Below, piece after piece: positions 11,501-20,387 of a stretch of DNA of 64,000 nt. Made by a program: the position numbers and the translations under genes. Positions within the stretch are counted from its first letter, which is position 1; every line of letters begins with the position of its first letter. The stretch is from IMG/VR virus record IMGVR_UViG_3300031521_000043, positions 9,490 to 73,489 of that record, one strand, 5' to 3'. The notes under the pieces are model-generated. The model saw nothing but the letters and a program-made list of their open reading frames with translations, was not told the origin of the DNA and did not search any database. This stretch comes from a virus.

Positions 11501-11721
11501 GCTGCAACATCTACACATTCAGGACTTAAATCCAATTTACTATTAACAACATCACCAAGAATAAAAATGGCTGTAGTTGGTGGGGTCTTATAAATATCCT
11601 CAAATAGTTTATGAAATACTGTTCGATATTCTTCATGGCGTCGTGTAAGTCGAATGTGAATATCTGCGACGTGGACGATATGACTGAATTGTATGTTAGT
11701 TGGTAATTGTGTAATTGGCAT
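8512..11721 (-). CDS. Fused SbcD/Mre11 nuclease + SbcC/Rad50 ATPase (gp47-gp46 equivalent)
   Basis: N-terminal 'ADIH', 'GD', 'GNHD', 'GDIH'; C-terminal Walker A 'NASGKSS', zinc hook 'CEFC', signature 'TSGFE', 'IIDEG', 'VSH'. Confidence 0.92.
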   Translation of the reverse strand: MPITQLPTNIQFSHIVHVADIHIRLTRRHEEYRTVFHKLFEDIYKTPPTTAIFILGDVVNSKLDLSPECVDVAAEFLREAANLRPTVLITGNHDTNLTNRNRMDSLSPIVDALNHPNLFYLKESGLYGLGNICINNYSVFDTPDKYLKGADIPSIYKNQFEYFIATYHGQMDGAVSDLGFKFVFPQVSVDLFDNHDIVLMGDIHKIQDLQEYDYDAFKPIIHYCGSLIQQKHDEPLTGHGYSFWNLQRRDYSHIEVPNEYGFFSVVVDNGTVTTDFTNIPKKARIRIQHKNSTPSEIKAAISLAKQATEVVDISYDKLDTGTSLIRIPSSSGNVVLGNIDDKNYQVTLITDYLKTKLKITDQSLIDGIIKINNEVNDLVKKDDFARNIRWMPIKFEWENMFSYGEGNVIDFTKTKDLVGLFAANASGKSSIFSALTFCLFDKCERTSTAKNIMNDKKTTFSCKFEFELDGKRYFISRNATTDKKGKVKVDVKFWKLENGEKVDLNGEQRRNTNEVIREYLGSYDDFALTSLSVQNGKNNASVIDMGDADRKDLFAQFMGLTVFDRLYTEGNERLKELFVLIKTYRNDDYTTKLLEYQNFLEQAELLYESEQSTLVGIGKHRELLQSSILETTKKLIKIDGNIPSIERSLSMLDKVKKSAITSKDNIINKEKEIETVAGQLTQVELEITNLESKNVSDLASQLRTFQETKRSIENKREQLKLSYLRDMKVFDRAKDIDYDPDCEFCVKHVGSIAQDAKEAKERMEKIQSEASEIKAKLDIVEAKIVEIQWSHESNIRLTGLLSKRNTLKDDRIKLTDDINSLRKDLSKFEDDIKTHEKNVELYNKNIESMTFNDNITSQINEFKQELENVEYSYKTKTKTVMDINSKISVCKNQISEINNKIAKIQIVEKEYKLYELYCQSVSRDGIPFDVITATVPEVQNEVNSILSQICEFTALFETDGNNIVPYIVYNGRQWLMSLTSGFEKFALSLAIRVALINISNLPKPNFLIIDEGMGVMDAENLSKLPILFEYLKSNFDFLLVVSHLEALRDMVDSHLEISKKDGFSYVNYI

Positions 11722-12190
11722 AACTGAAAATTGGTTTGACGTGTAAATCTTCTACAAAATCGTAAAATAATTTTTCCCACGGTTTATATTTTCCTAAAAA
11801 TCCTACATGTTTATATTGAAATCTTAAAGCATCCATTTCTGATGCTGACGTCCCAAAATATTTTCTTGCAACCTTATCATATTCATCTCCATCTGCCTCA
11901 TACGATTTACAGTGCGGTTCGTCATATTTTACTCCACGGTAATACTGCATGTGATGTCGCCATTCATGTGCAATAATTCCAGCCTTAACATCATCTTCAA
12001 ATTCATTACCTACAACAATTACTCCATATTTCATAGATAGTGGCTTTCCTGTAATAGTGAATATTTCAGTTTCTTCATTGGGTGAATAATAAAGTCCGCC
12101 GCTTCCAGTTAAGGGATATTCCATGACTTCAGGAATAGGCAGAGTTTTGTCGGTTTTATTTCTAATCCAATTTGTTTCTAATGATTTCAT
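11696..12190 (-). CDS. Putative zincin-like metalloprotein
   Basis: HExxH motif 'AHEWRHHMQ' with downstream 'EMDA'. Confidence 0.55.
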   Translation of the reverse strand: MKSLETNWIRNKTDKTLPIPEVMEYPLTGSGGLYYSPNEETEIFTITGKPLSMKYGVIVVGNEFEDDVKAGIIAHEWRHHMQYYRGVKYDEPHCKSYEADGDEYDKVARKYFGTSASEMDALRFQYKHVGFLGKYKPWEKLFYDFVEDLHVKPIFSYANYTITN

Positions 12191-13119
12191 GAGTTAAGTT
12201 TCGCTTTAATTATGTCGCAGAAGTCAAATGCTTTTGAGTTGTTAATAAGTTCTTGCATCGCATCAAATCCAAGAACAGACGGGTCTTTCTTTCCCAATTC
12301 TATCAAATGAATGTCAATTTTATTGACTTGTAAATCTTCAATTCTATCAAAAATGTTTATAGCTTGTTTTAAAGCGTCGTTATCCAATACAATGTTTACA
12401 CGTTTTACTTTATTAGTTACTATTGCAAGTTTTAATGCAAAATTAATGGTAGTTCCAAATAACGGTATTACATTATTCTTAACTGCCATACCGTCAAATG
12501 TTCCTTCCACCAAAGTAATCGGCTCGGCCCAATTTATGAATAGTTCAAAACCTATAACATCTTTTGGCCAAGGAGGCAACATGTATTTGTAAGAATTTCC
12601 TTCGTGGTATGCTCGAGCGGCAAAGAAATTTATGTCACCATTTTTATCGTAAGATGGAACTACTACACGATGCTGATAATTGCCTTGTTCACAAAATCCT
12701 ATATTATATCTAATAATATCATCCATTGTAACATTTCTGTTTTGAAGATACGACATGGCATGACCATATCCAAAATTATTGGACGGTTCCCATAAAGGTA
12801 TGAATTCGTCAGGCAAAGACAAATTAACCGTTGGTTTACTGTCTACATCAGATTTAACCCAATTTTGACCTATGATTTTATATAACTCATCAAAGTATTT
12901 TTCTTTTGTTTTGAGTTTATAAAATAACGAACGAATTGATTTTCCACATGCATTACAAATCCAACAATGCCATTCTTGAGTTCTAACGTTAACTTCTAGT
13001 TTTTTCTTGTAATGTGAACAAAAAGGACAATAATAAACTGCTTCTTCACCCTTACGAATGAATGAAGTTTGGTTTAATACTTTATCAAGCAGAGAAAATA
13101 ATTGTGACTCTTTTAGCAT
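12187..13119 (-). CDS. DNA primase (zinc finger + TOPRIM)
   Basis: CPFC...HCWIC zinc finger, 'LVEGTFDG', 'LDNDA', 'KDPS'. Confidence 0.9.
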   Translation of the reverse strand: MLKESQLFSLLDKVLNQTSFIRKGEEAVYYCPFCSHYKKKLEVNVRTQEWHCWICNACGKSIRSLFYKLKTKEKYFDELYKIIGQNWVKSDVDSKPTVNLSLPDEFIPLWEPSNNFGYGHAMSYLQNRNVTMDDIIRYNIGFCEQGNYQHRVVVPSYDKNGDINFFAARAYHEGNSYKYMLPPWPKDVIGFELFINWAEPITLVEGTFDGMAVKNNVIPLFGTTINFALKLAIVTNKVKRVNIVLDNDALKQAINIFDRIEDLQVNKIDIHLIELGKKDPSVLGFDAMQELINNSKAFDFCDIIKAKLNS

Positions 13120-13160
13120 TTTGAGAGATGCTAATGTATAAAAAGTCGACAGTCAACTTA

Positions 13161-13514
13161 TTATGAAATGATACCGGAACTTCTTAAATATGACAATAAC
13201 GTGTTAAATTGTTGAAGTGACGAAGAAACGGACGTTATAAAATTGTTAAATTCTGTAGGTGAACTAAACCCATATCCAGATGCCGAAACTGAACCTGTAA
13301 GAGAACCAGCATCAGTTACTGCGCCTTTCGATGGATAAAAGTATGATGCGCTTAATGATTGACTTGCAAAAGAAGATGATGCACAATTTAACTGTAAATA
13401 GGTAATTTGGTTTCCAAGTCCATCGGCTATAATAGACCCGGACGTAACCACAGATGCAGTATAAGTTATAACAGGGTTTTGGTTTGTTAAAGTTAATGAA
13501 GATATGATAGGCAT
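13161..13514 (-). CDS. Small Ser/Thr-rich putative virion protein
   Basis: 117 aa; shares 'DGLG...' and 'AS..AS' features with neighbouring fibre-like genes. Confidence 0.6.
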   Translation of the reverse strand: MPIISSLTLTNQNPVITYTASVVTSGSIIADGLGNQITYLQLNCASSSFASQSLSASYFYPSKGAVTDAGSLTGSVSASGYGFSSPTEFNNFITSVSSSLQQFNTLLSYLRSSGIIS

Positions 13515-13522
13515 ATATTAAA

Positions 13523-13804
13523 TTATGGGGCAACTGACCAACTTATAATTAGACCGTTATTCACGTATACAGATTGAGTAGTGTGTGTTCCAGTATCAAC
13601 CCACGATTTGGTTGTTGTCAACCCTACTGTAGACGTATAAGATGAAGATAGAGAATATGATGATGTAATGTTAACTGATGTTATCTCGTATCCAAGGCCA
13701 TCTACAAAAGATGATGATGCCGTATTCGATTGTAGTAAATCATTATAGGTCGCTGCTGGAGTTTTACCTGTTAGGTCAAATGTTGGATAGTGTGTTGCTG
13801 GCAT
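13523..13804 (-). CDS. Small Ser/Thr-rich putative virion protein
   Basis: 93 aa; TATTTATA motif at 13829-13836 upstream. Confidence 0.6.
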   Translation of the reverse strand: MPATHYPTFDLTGKTPAATYNDLLQSNTASSSFVDGLGYEITSVNITSSYSLSSSYTSTVGLTTTKSWVDTGTHTTQSVYVNNGLIISWSVAP

Positions 13805-13863
13805 AGTTTTATGATTTTATGGTTCTTTTATAAATATGTAAATTTCCACCCTTTATATCATTT

Positions 13864-14358
13864 TTAACCAAATAATGCCAAGGTCACGGCATCATACATA
13901 TCTCCGTTATGCATATCCCAATCTCCATTTCTATTAAGTTTTTCAAATTCTTTTATATTTGGAACATAGAGAGGAACTTGAGATTTAACGTATTCTTTTG
14001 GTTTTATTCCTTTAATTCTTGATTTACCAAACACTTTCTTCCTTACTGTATTAACATTCAAACTGATTATTGGTTTTTTCCAAGTTTCTTCTAAAATATA
14101 ACAAATTACCGATTTATTTTTTACCAATTTAATTAATGTTTGTTGTGATGTAAAGCCAGAAGAAAATCCTGATAAAGTTTCTTCTACATTAATTTTATCA
14201 AATTCTTTACCGTCTAAACCCTCTATAATCATTTTTGATTTTTCTTTATATGTTTCAACTTTTTCTATTCGAAAAAATCCGGCATCTACTATAATGCCGC
14301 TGTCGGATATTGCCCAGCCGCAAGTAGAGGTTGATAAATCTAATCCAAGTATTTTCAT
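13864..14358 (-). CDS. RuvC-like Holliday junction resolvase
   Basis: 'ILGLDLSTSTCGWA', 'VEE', C-terminal 'DMYDA' RNase H-fold acidic residues. Confidence 0.85.
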   Translation of the reverse strand: MKILGLDLSTSTCGWAISDSGIIVDAGFFRIEKVETYKEKSKMIIEGLDGKEFDKINVEETLSGFSSGFTSQQTLIKLVKNKSVICYILEETWKKPIISLNVNTVRKKVFGKSRIKGIKPKEYVKSQVPLYVPNIKEFEKLNRNGDWDMHNGDMYDAVTLALFG

Positions 14359-14918
14359 ATAGGTTTATTAAATCTTTTCTTTTGAGAAATAGACATTTTT
14401 AATTTGGTTTCTTCACTAATAGGTTTTCGAGTTTTCCACGCCAATGACATTTTTTGTTTTGCCTCATTTGAATGTATTTTTCCAAACATAGAATTTCTAT
14501 TTCCTACTCTTAATTTTGCCGATTGACTCATTTTCTTCTTTGTTTCTTCTGAAAATGTTAGTCCTTTACTCCAACTTACTTGGACGCCTATTTTTCCTTT
14601 ATTCCACGGAATTTTATTTTTCATTGGAGATAATGCGTCGTATGCTATATTGTAATATAGAGTTGGGTTAACTTTACAAACATCTAAATATTTTTGTTCA
14701 TATTCTATAAGTTTATCTTTAATAGTTTCTTCAATTATACAAAACTCAAAATTATCAGCGCCATATTTATTCCATGAAGATTGTAAATGGTTATTATCAT
14801 GTCGATTTTCTTTGAGTAATCGTTGATGATATCTCCACCTATGAAAAATGTCATTGGAACTTCCAATATAACACTTTCCATTTACTTTATTGATTATTTT
14901 ATAAATTCCACAAGGCAT
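14355..14918 (-). mobile_element. GIY-YIG homing endonuclease with NUMOD3 repeats
   Basis: 'GIYKIIN..NGKCYIGSS...R', 'E..EQKYLD', 'YN', 'MFGKIHSNEAKQKMS'; ATG at 14918. Confidence 0.92.
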
Positions 14919-14983
14919 ACTAAACACAAAAGAACTTTCTATTTATATGGGAAGTTCTTTTGTGTTTATTTTTTTATATCGTA

Positions 14984-15259
14984 TTAACTTGGAAATGAAG
15001 AATCATATTTTTTAGTGTTAAGTCCCTTGACATATATGGATAAATCGCCGCCATCATTTTTAAAATCGGATACTTCTAGTTTTTGAGCGGTTAGGAATCC
15101 GTTTTTAATTTGAAATTGTGAACTCTGAAAACTTGCAAATAATGCATCAACACCGCTTTCGATGATGTTTTTAGCGTCATATGCTCCACCGGCTTTCTGT
15201 GTGGCATATCTTGTTGCCAAGTCGGTTGTCAATGATGGTCTTGGTGATGGTGTTGGCAT
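14984..15259 (-). CDS. Hypothetical protein
   Basis: 91 aa ORF, AAGGA RBS and TATTTATA motif at 15279-15286. Confidence 0.7.
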   Translation of the reverse strand: MPTPSPRPSLTTDLATRYATQKAGGAYDAKNIIESGVDALFASFQSSQFQIKNGFLTAQKLEVSDFKNDGGDLSIYVKGLNTKKYDSSFPS

Positions 15260-15289
15260 AATACTTTATTCCTTTAATTATAAATATAG

Positions 15290-17980
15290 TTAAAAATCTA
15301 TTTTCACTACAAAATTGATTGGAAAGTCTGGAGTTATTTTAATAGGAGAACCTAATTTCGCAATTGCAACCAAATCTGTTCCATTATAAAGGCCAATTGA
15401 TGTCACTGTTGGGGCCAGGTACGAGCCTGTTGGGTCGGCCGTACTTAATCGACTATAATCTAAGAAATTTTGATTTATCACAGGAGGTTGACCTCTAAGG
15501 GTTTTTCCGTCCATATAATCGAGAATACTGCTTAGATACTTGTTTTGAGAATTTGGTGTAATATATGACTCATAGTTTTTTTGGGTCAATCTATAAATAA
15601 AATATTTCCATAAAATGTTCATGTCGTTGGAATTGATTTTATTATCATCGTTAAAATCCAAATCTTCAAACATGGTATTATTGATATAAGAATAACTTGA
15701 AGAAAACAAACTATCTGTACTTACCCAAGACGAAGAATACATGTTATACACGGATGTTTCTTCGTCTGTTGTAATGTCAAGAACTGAAGAAGTCCAATCG
15801 GTATTTGGTCTACCTGTAGTTTCTGTGTTTTTATATGCCATATATCTCAATAAAACATCAGCGTCTTGGAAATCAAACCTCCCGTTTTTGTTGACATCAA
15901 ATTTAGCATTAGGTAACACTATAGCCGAAGGATTTGTACTAACATTAAACTCACCAGGTTCTACAGGACATACAACTTGTTTTTCAAATACTGTCTGTTT
16001 TGATTTGAAATCAATTTCATACTCATATTCATTGGTAGCAACACTATTCAATTGCAATCCTTCAAAGTTTGAACCTGAGGTCATGATTACAACTTTTCCA
16101 TTTCTATAAAATACATTTCCTACATAGAATTGTTCACGTAGATTTTTAAGATTATAGATATAAGCCTTGCCACTCAAATCGGCTATATCACTAACACTTC
16201 CAGTAAAACTTCCTGTAAGACTGTTTAAATCCATTTGTGTAGTAGAACCTGACATTAACATTGGAGCGCCAATAATAATAAATTGATTTGATATATCTAC
16301 ATCCCATCCATACGCTCTATATGGAGATAATAGTCGTTTTTTTGTTTGATAAACATTAGTAATGTTCCAATCCACATTAGTTGTATCAGAGACGGATGAT
16401 GTTATTTTATTGTATAACACAAACTGACCGTTAAGAGAATTTTCACTGGCATCTCCACAGTAATTTTCTTGAAATAATGACCCTCTAAGATAACAAATAG
16501 AAGATGATAATGCGTTTACTTTTGGTACACCGGCAACCGCATATTTATCAAAAATACTAACTGACCAGCCCAACAAATTATTATCCATTATTTTTTCGTT
16601 GCCATATGATTTGCGTGCGAGATAATATCCGTAGTCTCTATTACTACAACGGTCAAAGAAATACACAGCGCCTTGCTGATATAATGATGACCCAGTATAT
16701 TCATGAATAATTCTATCGTATGGTGCGCCGACCATTACACTATCACCATACATTGATACGGCGTATCCAAAAGAATCTTGATTGTTTGGATAATTTTCAA
16801 CGATTGGTAATGTCGGATAAAATGGCAATGGATAGATTGAACTGCTATCAGGTTTTAATGTAAATGTATTTTTCCATTGATTCCCATCAAATTCATAAAT
16901 ATATGCCTTGGAACTGCTGACTTTAGAGCTACCAACCACCATACTCCAACTAAACGATGATGACGCCTTGTTCATTCCAATGTCAGAACCAAATTTGTCT
17001 CCGGTTCCTATATCTGATGGCAATGGTAAGGTTTGAACAAATGACCAACTTAGGTTGTTTCCATTATATTTTCTGAACATGAATACCGAACCAAAACTAC
17101 TGGATTCATAAGGAGAACCTACAGCCAACCATTCATCGTTTAATGATACTGAATATCCAAATGAAGATGTAGTTAATGTGTTTGGGTTGTATAAGGTTGT
17201 TAAATATGGATTTGTTCCAACGACACCAACGGCTCTTTGAGATAATCCTACTATGCTTGACGTAGTATAATATGTTGGAATAGTAATATCCCCGCCGCTG
17301 TTAGATGTGACCCCTACTGCTACGTTTAACCATGTAGAGGTTGGAGATGAGTCTTTTGTTTGAAAAATTACATATGAATAATTTTGTAATGATGGTACAT
17401 CGACAGTCACGGTTATATAACCACCAATTGAGCCGGTTCCTATAATTGTTGGAGATGTTCTGTTTGCATAAGGGTCGATATCCAAAACAGACAAATCAAA
17501 TAAATCCACATATCCAGAACCAGAAAACACTAACGATTGTGATGAAAATGTAAATACATTTCTGTAATATGGATTGCCAACAGCTAATAATGTATTGCGT
17601 ATGTCTATGGCCCAACCATAACCATCTTCCGATGATGTATAATATTGAGCAGAATCCACCATCAAATCCTTATCAGCAGTATATGGAATAGAGCCCGTGT
17701 ATTCTGTATGGATAATGTCGTATGGGCCAGTCGAACCTGTATTGTTCAGCTCTGTGGATAAAAGAACTTGTTCTGTAGATGTTGCTGGTCTATAAAGAAT
17801 TGTTTTAACATCATGAACGTCGGTGTTAATATTATATTTATAAACTTCTACTGACCCTGTTCGGTTTATACTTGATGTTAATGGGTTAAATCGAAATGGG
17901 TTTGGATTTCCAACCGCCGCCCACACGTTATCGCAAGCCACAGAAAATCCAAAATTTTGATTATAAACTTGTGCAATCAT
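15290..17980 (-). CDS. Tail/baseplate-associated protein with FG-GAP propeller repeats and dockerin-like Ca-binding loops
   Basis: Repeated 'FGYSVS...AVGSP', 'FGYAVS..VGAP'; 'DVNKNGRFDFQD' and 'DFNDDNKINSND'; C-terminal 'TSIGLYN..LVAIAKL..P...VKIDF'. Confidence 0.75.
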   Translation of the reverse strand: MIAQVYNQNFGFSVACDNVWAAVGNPNPFRFNPLTSSINRTGSVEVYKYNINTDVHDVKTILYRPATSTEQVLLSTELNNTGSTGPYDIIHTEYTGSIPYTADKDLMVDSAQYYTSSEDGYGWAIDIRNTLLAVGNPYYRNVFTFSSQSLVFSGSGYVDLFDLSVLDIDPYANRTSPTIIGTGSIGGYITVTVDVPSLQNYSYVIFQTKDSSPTSTWLNVAVGVTSNSGGDITIPTYYTTSSIVGLSQRAVGVVGTNPYLTTLYNPNTLTTSSFGYSVSLNDEWLAVGSPYESSSFGSVFMFRKYNGNNLSWSFVQTLPLPSDIGTGDKFGSDIGMNKASSSFSWSMVVGSSKVSSSKAYIYEFDGNQWKNTFTLKPDSSSIYPLPFYPTLPIVENYPNNQDSFGYAVSMYGDSVMVGAPYDRIIHEYTGSSLYQQGAVYFFDRCSNRDYGYYLARKSYGNEKIMDNNLLGWSVSIFDKYAVAGVPKVNALSSSICYLRGSLFQENYCGDASENSLNGQFVLYNKITSSVSDTTNVDWNITNVYQTKKRLLSPYRAYGWDVDISNQFIIIGAPMLMSGSTTQMDLNSLTGSFTGSVSDIADLSGKAYIYNLKNLREQFYVGNVFYRNGKVVIMTSGSNFEGLQLNSVATNEYEYEIDFKSKQTVFEKQVVCPVEPGEFNVSTNPSAIVLPNAKFDVNKNGRFDFQDADVLLRYMAYKNTETTGRPNTDWTSSVLDITTDEETSVYNMYSSSWVSTDSLFSSSYSYINNTMFEDLDFNDDNKINSNDMNILWKYFIYRLTQKNYESYITPNSQNKYLSSILDYMDGKTLRGQPPVINQNFLDYSRLSTADPTGSYLAPTVTSIGLYNGTDLVAIAKLGSPIKITPDFPINFVVKIDF

Positions 17981-18007
17981 AACTATAAATAGACTGACGT
18001 TACAAGT

Positions 18008-19246
18008 TTAGGACAATGTACGTCCCCAGTTCCACACATAAGTTAACGACAATGTTTGAATGTTTGACTTTGTTTGTGGTTGGTTAAATACACATGCAAA
18101 TCCACAATAAAATCCTTGATGTCCGTTAAAAGAGCTTCCTACGCCTATACAACGAATGTTATTAACGTTCGCGTTAGCAACAGCAAAAGTAGCAGTTTTA
18201 TATGCCGTAAACGATAATGGAACATATGCATCTTGAGTAAACGTGTCAGCAGCATACGAAACTCCATTAATTTCTCTATTTACACCTGAATTATAATTTG
18301 CGCAAGATTGTGAGTTTGTTGAAACAAATGCGCCCATAGTTGTTGCCGCCGGCTCACATACTCTTCCATCGGAGCCACCAGTATCATCTACCACAGAAAC
18401 CCAACCAATGGTTGGCCCACCCAACTGTAAATTGTAAAAAAATCCAGTATCAGTTGAAGGAGAAACCGGCCATCCGGATACAGAGGCTGTTGCAGGATAT
18501 CCAGGAGAACTTCCTGTTGGATATACTGCTATATCCAACTCATACATCAACCTAAGTTTTTGTCCTGCTAAAATGGATTGTGTTTGTGGTAATAATACTC
18601 TACTAAACACATTGGCATTAGAAGTTCCTGACCCAACACCAACTTCTGTAAACACGATTGATGCCGTTTCATAAACAAAATCCCAAGTTCTTTTATTTTT
18701 TTGAACGTTTCCAACTATAGTAGTTCCACAATATGTTCCGTCCGAATTACCTACAAACATGTTGTTAGTAGAATGTACTAATGATTGTAATCCTGTTTGA
18801 GATGTTTTATATATTGTAAATGGTTGTACACTTATTGTAGAGGTTGGTGTAATTGATGCGCTTATTCCTGATACGGCTAGTACTCGTACTTCTGATAAAT
18901 CATTAAACTTAATCATATCTCCTACTGACAATGCAGAAGAGTGACCTGAATTTGAACTGGTTAAGTTTTGTAGTCCTGTAGACCCAGTTACTAGTGTAAA
19001 AACAGAAGAGGCTACCGAACCAGAAGAATTTCCTGATGAAATGTTGTTAGTTCTTGTTCCTGTACCTACAAATCCATATGACATTACATCTGCATACAAA
19101 ATAGTAGGTATCTGGTCCATACCTTGGTTTAAAATTAAGTTTTTTTGCCATGGTAGTTCTGATACTACTTGTTCTTGTTGGTCAATAACAAACAGTTTAT
19201 AACGTCCACTTAACGATTGTCCAATTTCGGCTTTTACATTATTCAT
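18008..19246 (-). CDS. Putative tail/baseplate structural protein
   Basis: 'KNLILNQG', 'GTG', 'TEVGV..FSR' pattern resembling tail-fibre attachment domains. Confidence 0.6.
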   Translation of the reverse strand: MNNVKAEIGQSLSGRYKLFVIDQQEQVVSELPWQKNLILNQGMDQIPTILYADVMSYGFVGTGTRTNNISSGNSSGSVASSVFTLVTGSTGLQNLTSSNSGHSSALSVGDMIKFNDLSEVRVLAVSGISASITPTSTISVQPFTIYKTSQTGLQSLVHSTNNMFVGNSDGTYCGTTIVGNVQKNKRTWDFVYETASIVFTEVGVGSGTSNANVFSRVLLPQTQSILAGQKLRLMYELDIAVYPTGSSPGYPATASVSGWPVSPSTDTGFFYNLQLGGPTIGWVSVVDDTGGSDGRVCEPAATTMGAFVSTNSQSCANYNSGVNREINGVSYAADTFTQDAYVPLSFTAYKTATFAVANANVNNIRCIGVGSSFNGHQGFYCGFACVFNQPQTKSNIQTLSLTYVWNWGRTLS

Positions 19247-19271
19247 AAATTATCACCTCATACATAGTTTA

Positions 19272-20381
19272 TTATATTACATTTCCACTGACAAATCCCG
19301 TCATCATTCTAGTATTGTCAAAGCTCATAGTTACAGTAAATGTCGTAACCAAACAAGAACCGGTGAAAAATGTTGTATAAAATTGGGATGTTTCAGGAAA
19401 ACTTCCAGATATAGGACTTGCCACGACGGGCAACACGGTAGTTAAAAGTGACCCTGTCAATAAGTTAGTAGTGATATAAGGATAATCAATTGAACTACTA
19501 TCAGTAATAACCAAGTCTACTACAGAACCGGAAAATAGTCCAACTACATATGATGAATTTTCAAAAGAACTACTATTAGTTACTACAGTATCTATTAATT
19601 GTCCAGAAACAAATGACATTATAGGGCCGGTAATATAATCCGTAATAGGTGGGGCTAGGTCTAAACTGCCACGAAAGAACGACGTTTCCATGCTAGGATA
19701 GTCTGTGATTGGCGATGTGTTATCATGCCAGTAATAATCACAGTATGATGATGACATATTTGCAATGAATTCATTGACGTATTCGCCCAACTCTTGTTGA
19801 TGTGAAAACAGATTTGTACCAGCAAAAAGATTACCATTACCATCATCTTTAATTTGATATGAATTATCTAAAGTATTATCATAAGCCACAAACGTTTTTG
19901 GAGTAATTTTTTCACCATAAACTGTTCTAGGAATATCAATCAACCGAAATCTATCCGATAAAATTCTTTTTGTTTGAGAAATTTGAAAATCTATATTTTC
20001 AATGCCCCAAATTTTTGACGGGTCGAGATACATGTTATAAAACATCGTCTCTATTTGATGATATATGGAACGTTGGTATGTACCGTCATCGTTTGTTGGG
20101 TCTGTATCAGGATAAAAAATTCCTTTAACATTTAATCCAATTTCTGTAGTAGCTAAATCGTTTGCTTGTTGTTCTAATGCTATGTCACACAAACTATTAT
20201 CGATTGGATATTCAGTTCCGTCTCCATAATCGATAAATTCTAATGCAAATGGGGTTCCATCATCTGAACCTGTAGATTCAGATAACAAAAGGTTTTCATT
20301 GTCACTATTGTTCAATCTCCAATCCTTCACCGCTGCGAACGGTGTAGTTTGAATTTGATATTTTTTCAATAGTTTTATCAT
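19272..20381 (-). CDS. Putative structural protein (paralog of 20388-21395)
   Basis: N-terminal ~200 aa clearly similar to the neighbouring gene ('TTPF..K.W.L.N', 'DGTYQR', 'DP.KIWG', 'YGEK', 'DDGN.NLFAG'). Confidence 0.75.
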   Translation of the reverse strand: MIKLLKKYQIQTTPFAAVKDWRLNNSDNENLLLSESTGSDDGTPFALEFIDYGDGTEYPIDNSLCDIALEQQANDLATTEIGLNVKGIFYPDTDPTNDDGTYQRSIYHQIETMFYNMYLDPSKIWGIENIDFQISQTKRILSDRFRLIDIPRTVYGEKITPKTFVAYDNTLDNSYQIKDDGNGNLFAGTNLFSHQQELGEYVNEFIANMSSSYCDYYWHDNTSPITDYPSMETSFFRGSLDLAPPITDYITGPIMSFVSGQLIDTVVTNSSSFENSSYVVGLFSGSVVDLVITDSSSIDYPYITTNLLTGSLLTTVLPVVASPISGSFPETSQFYTTFFTGSCLVTTFTVTMSFDNTRMMTGFVSGNVI

Positions 20382-20387
20382 AATAAG

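Noticed and set aside
7749-14927. Group I introns or inteins hosting the two endonucleases
   Set aside because: Both endonuclease ORFs lie between complete genes, the flanking genes are not split, and no intein motifs were seen in the terminase, primase or SbcCD proteins.
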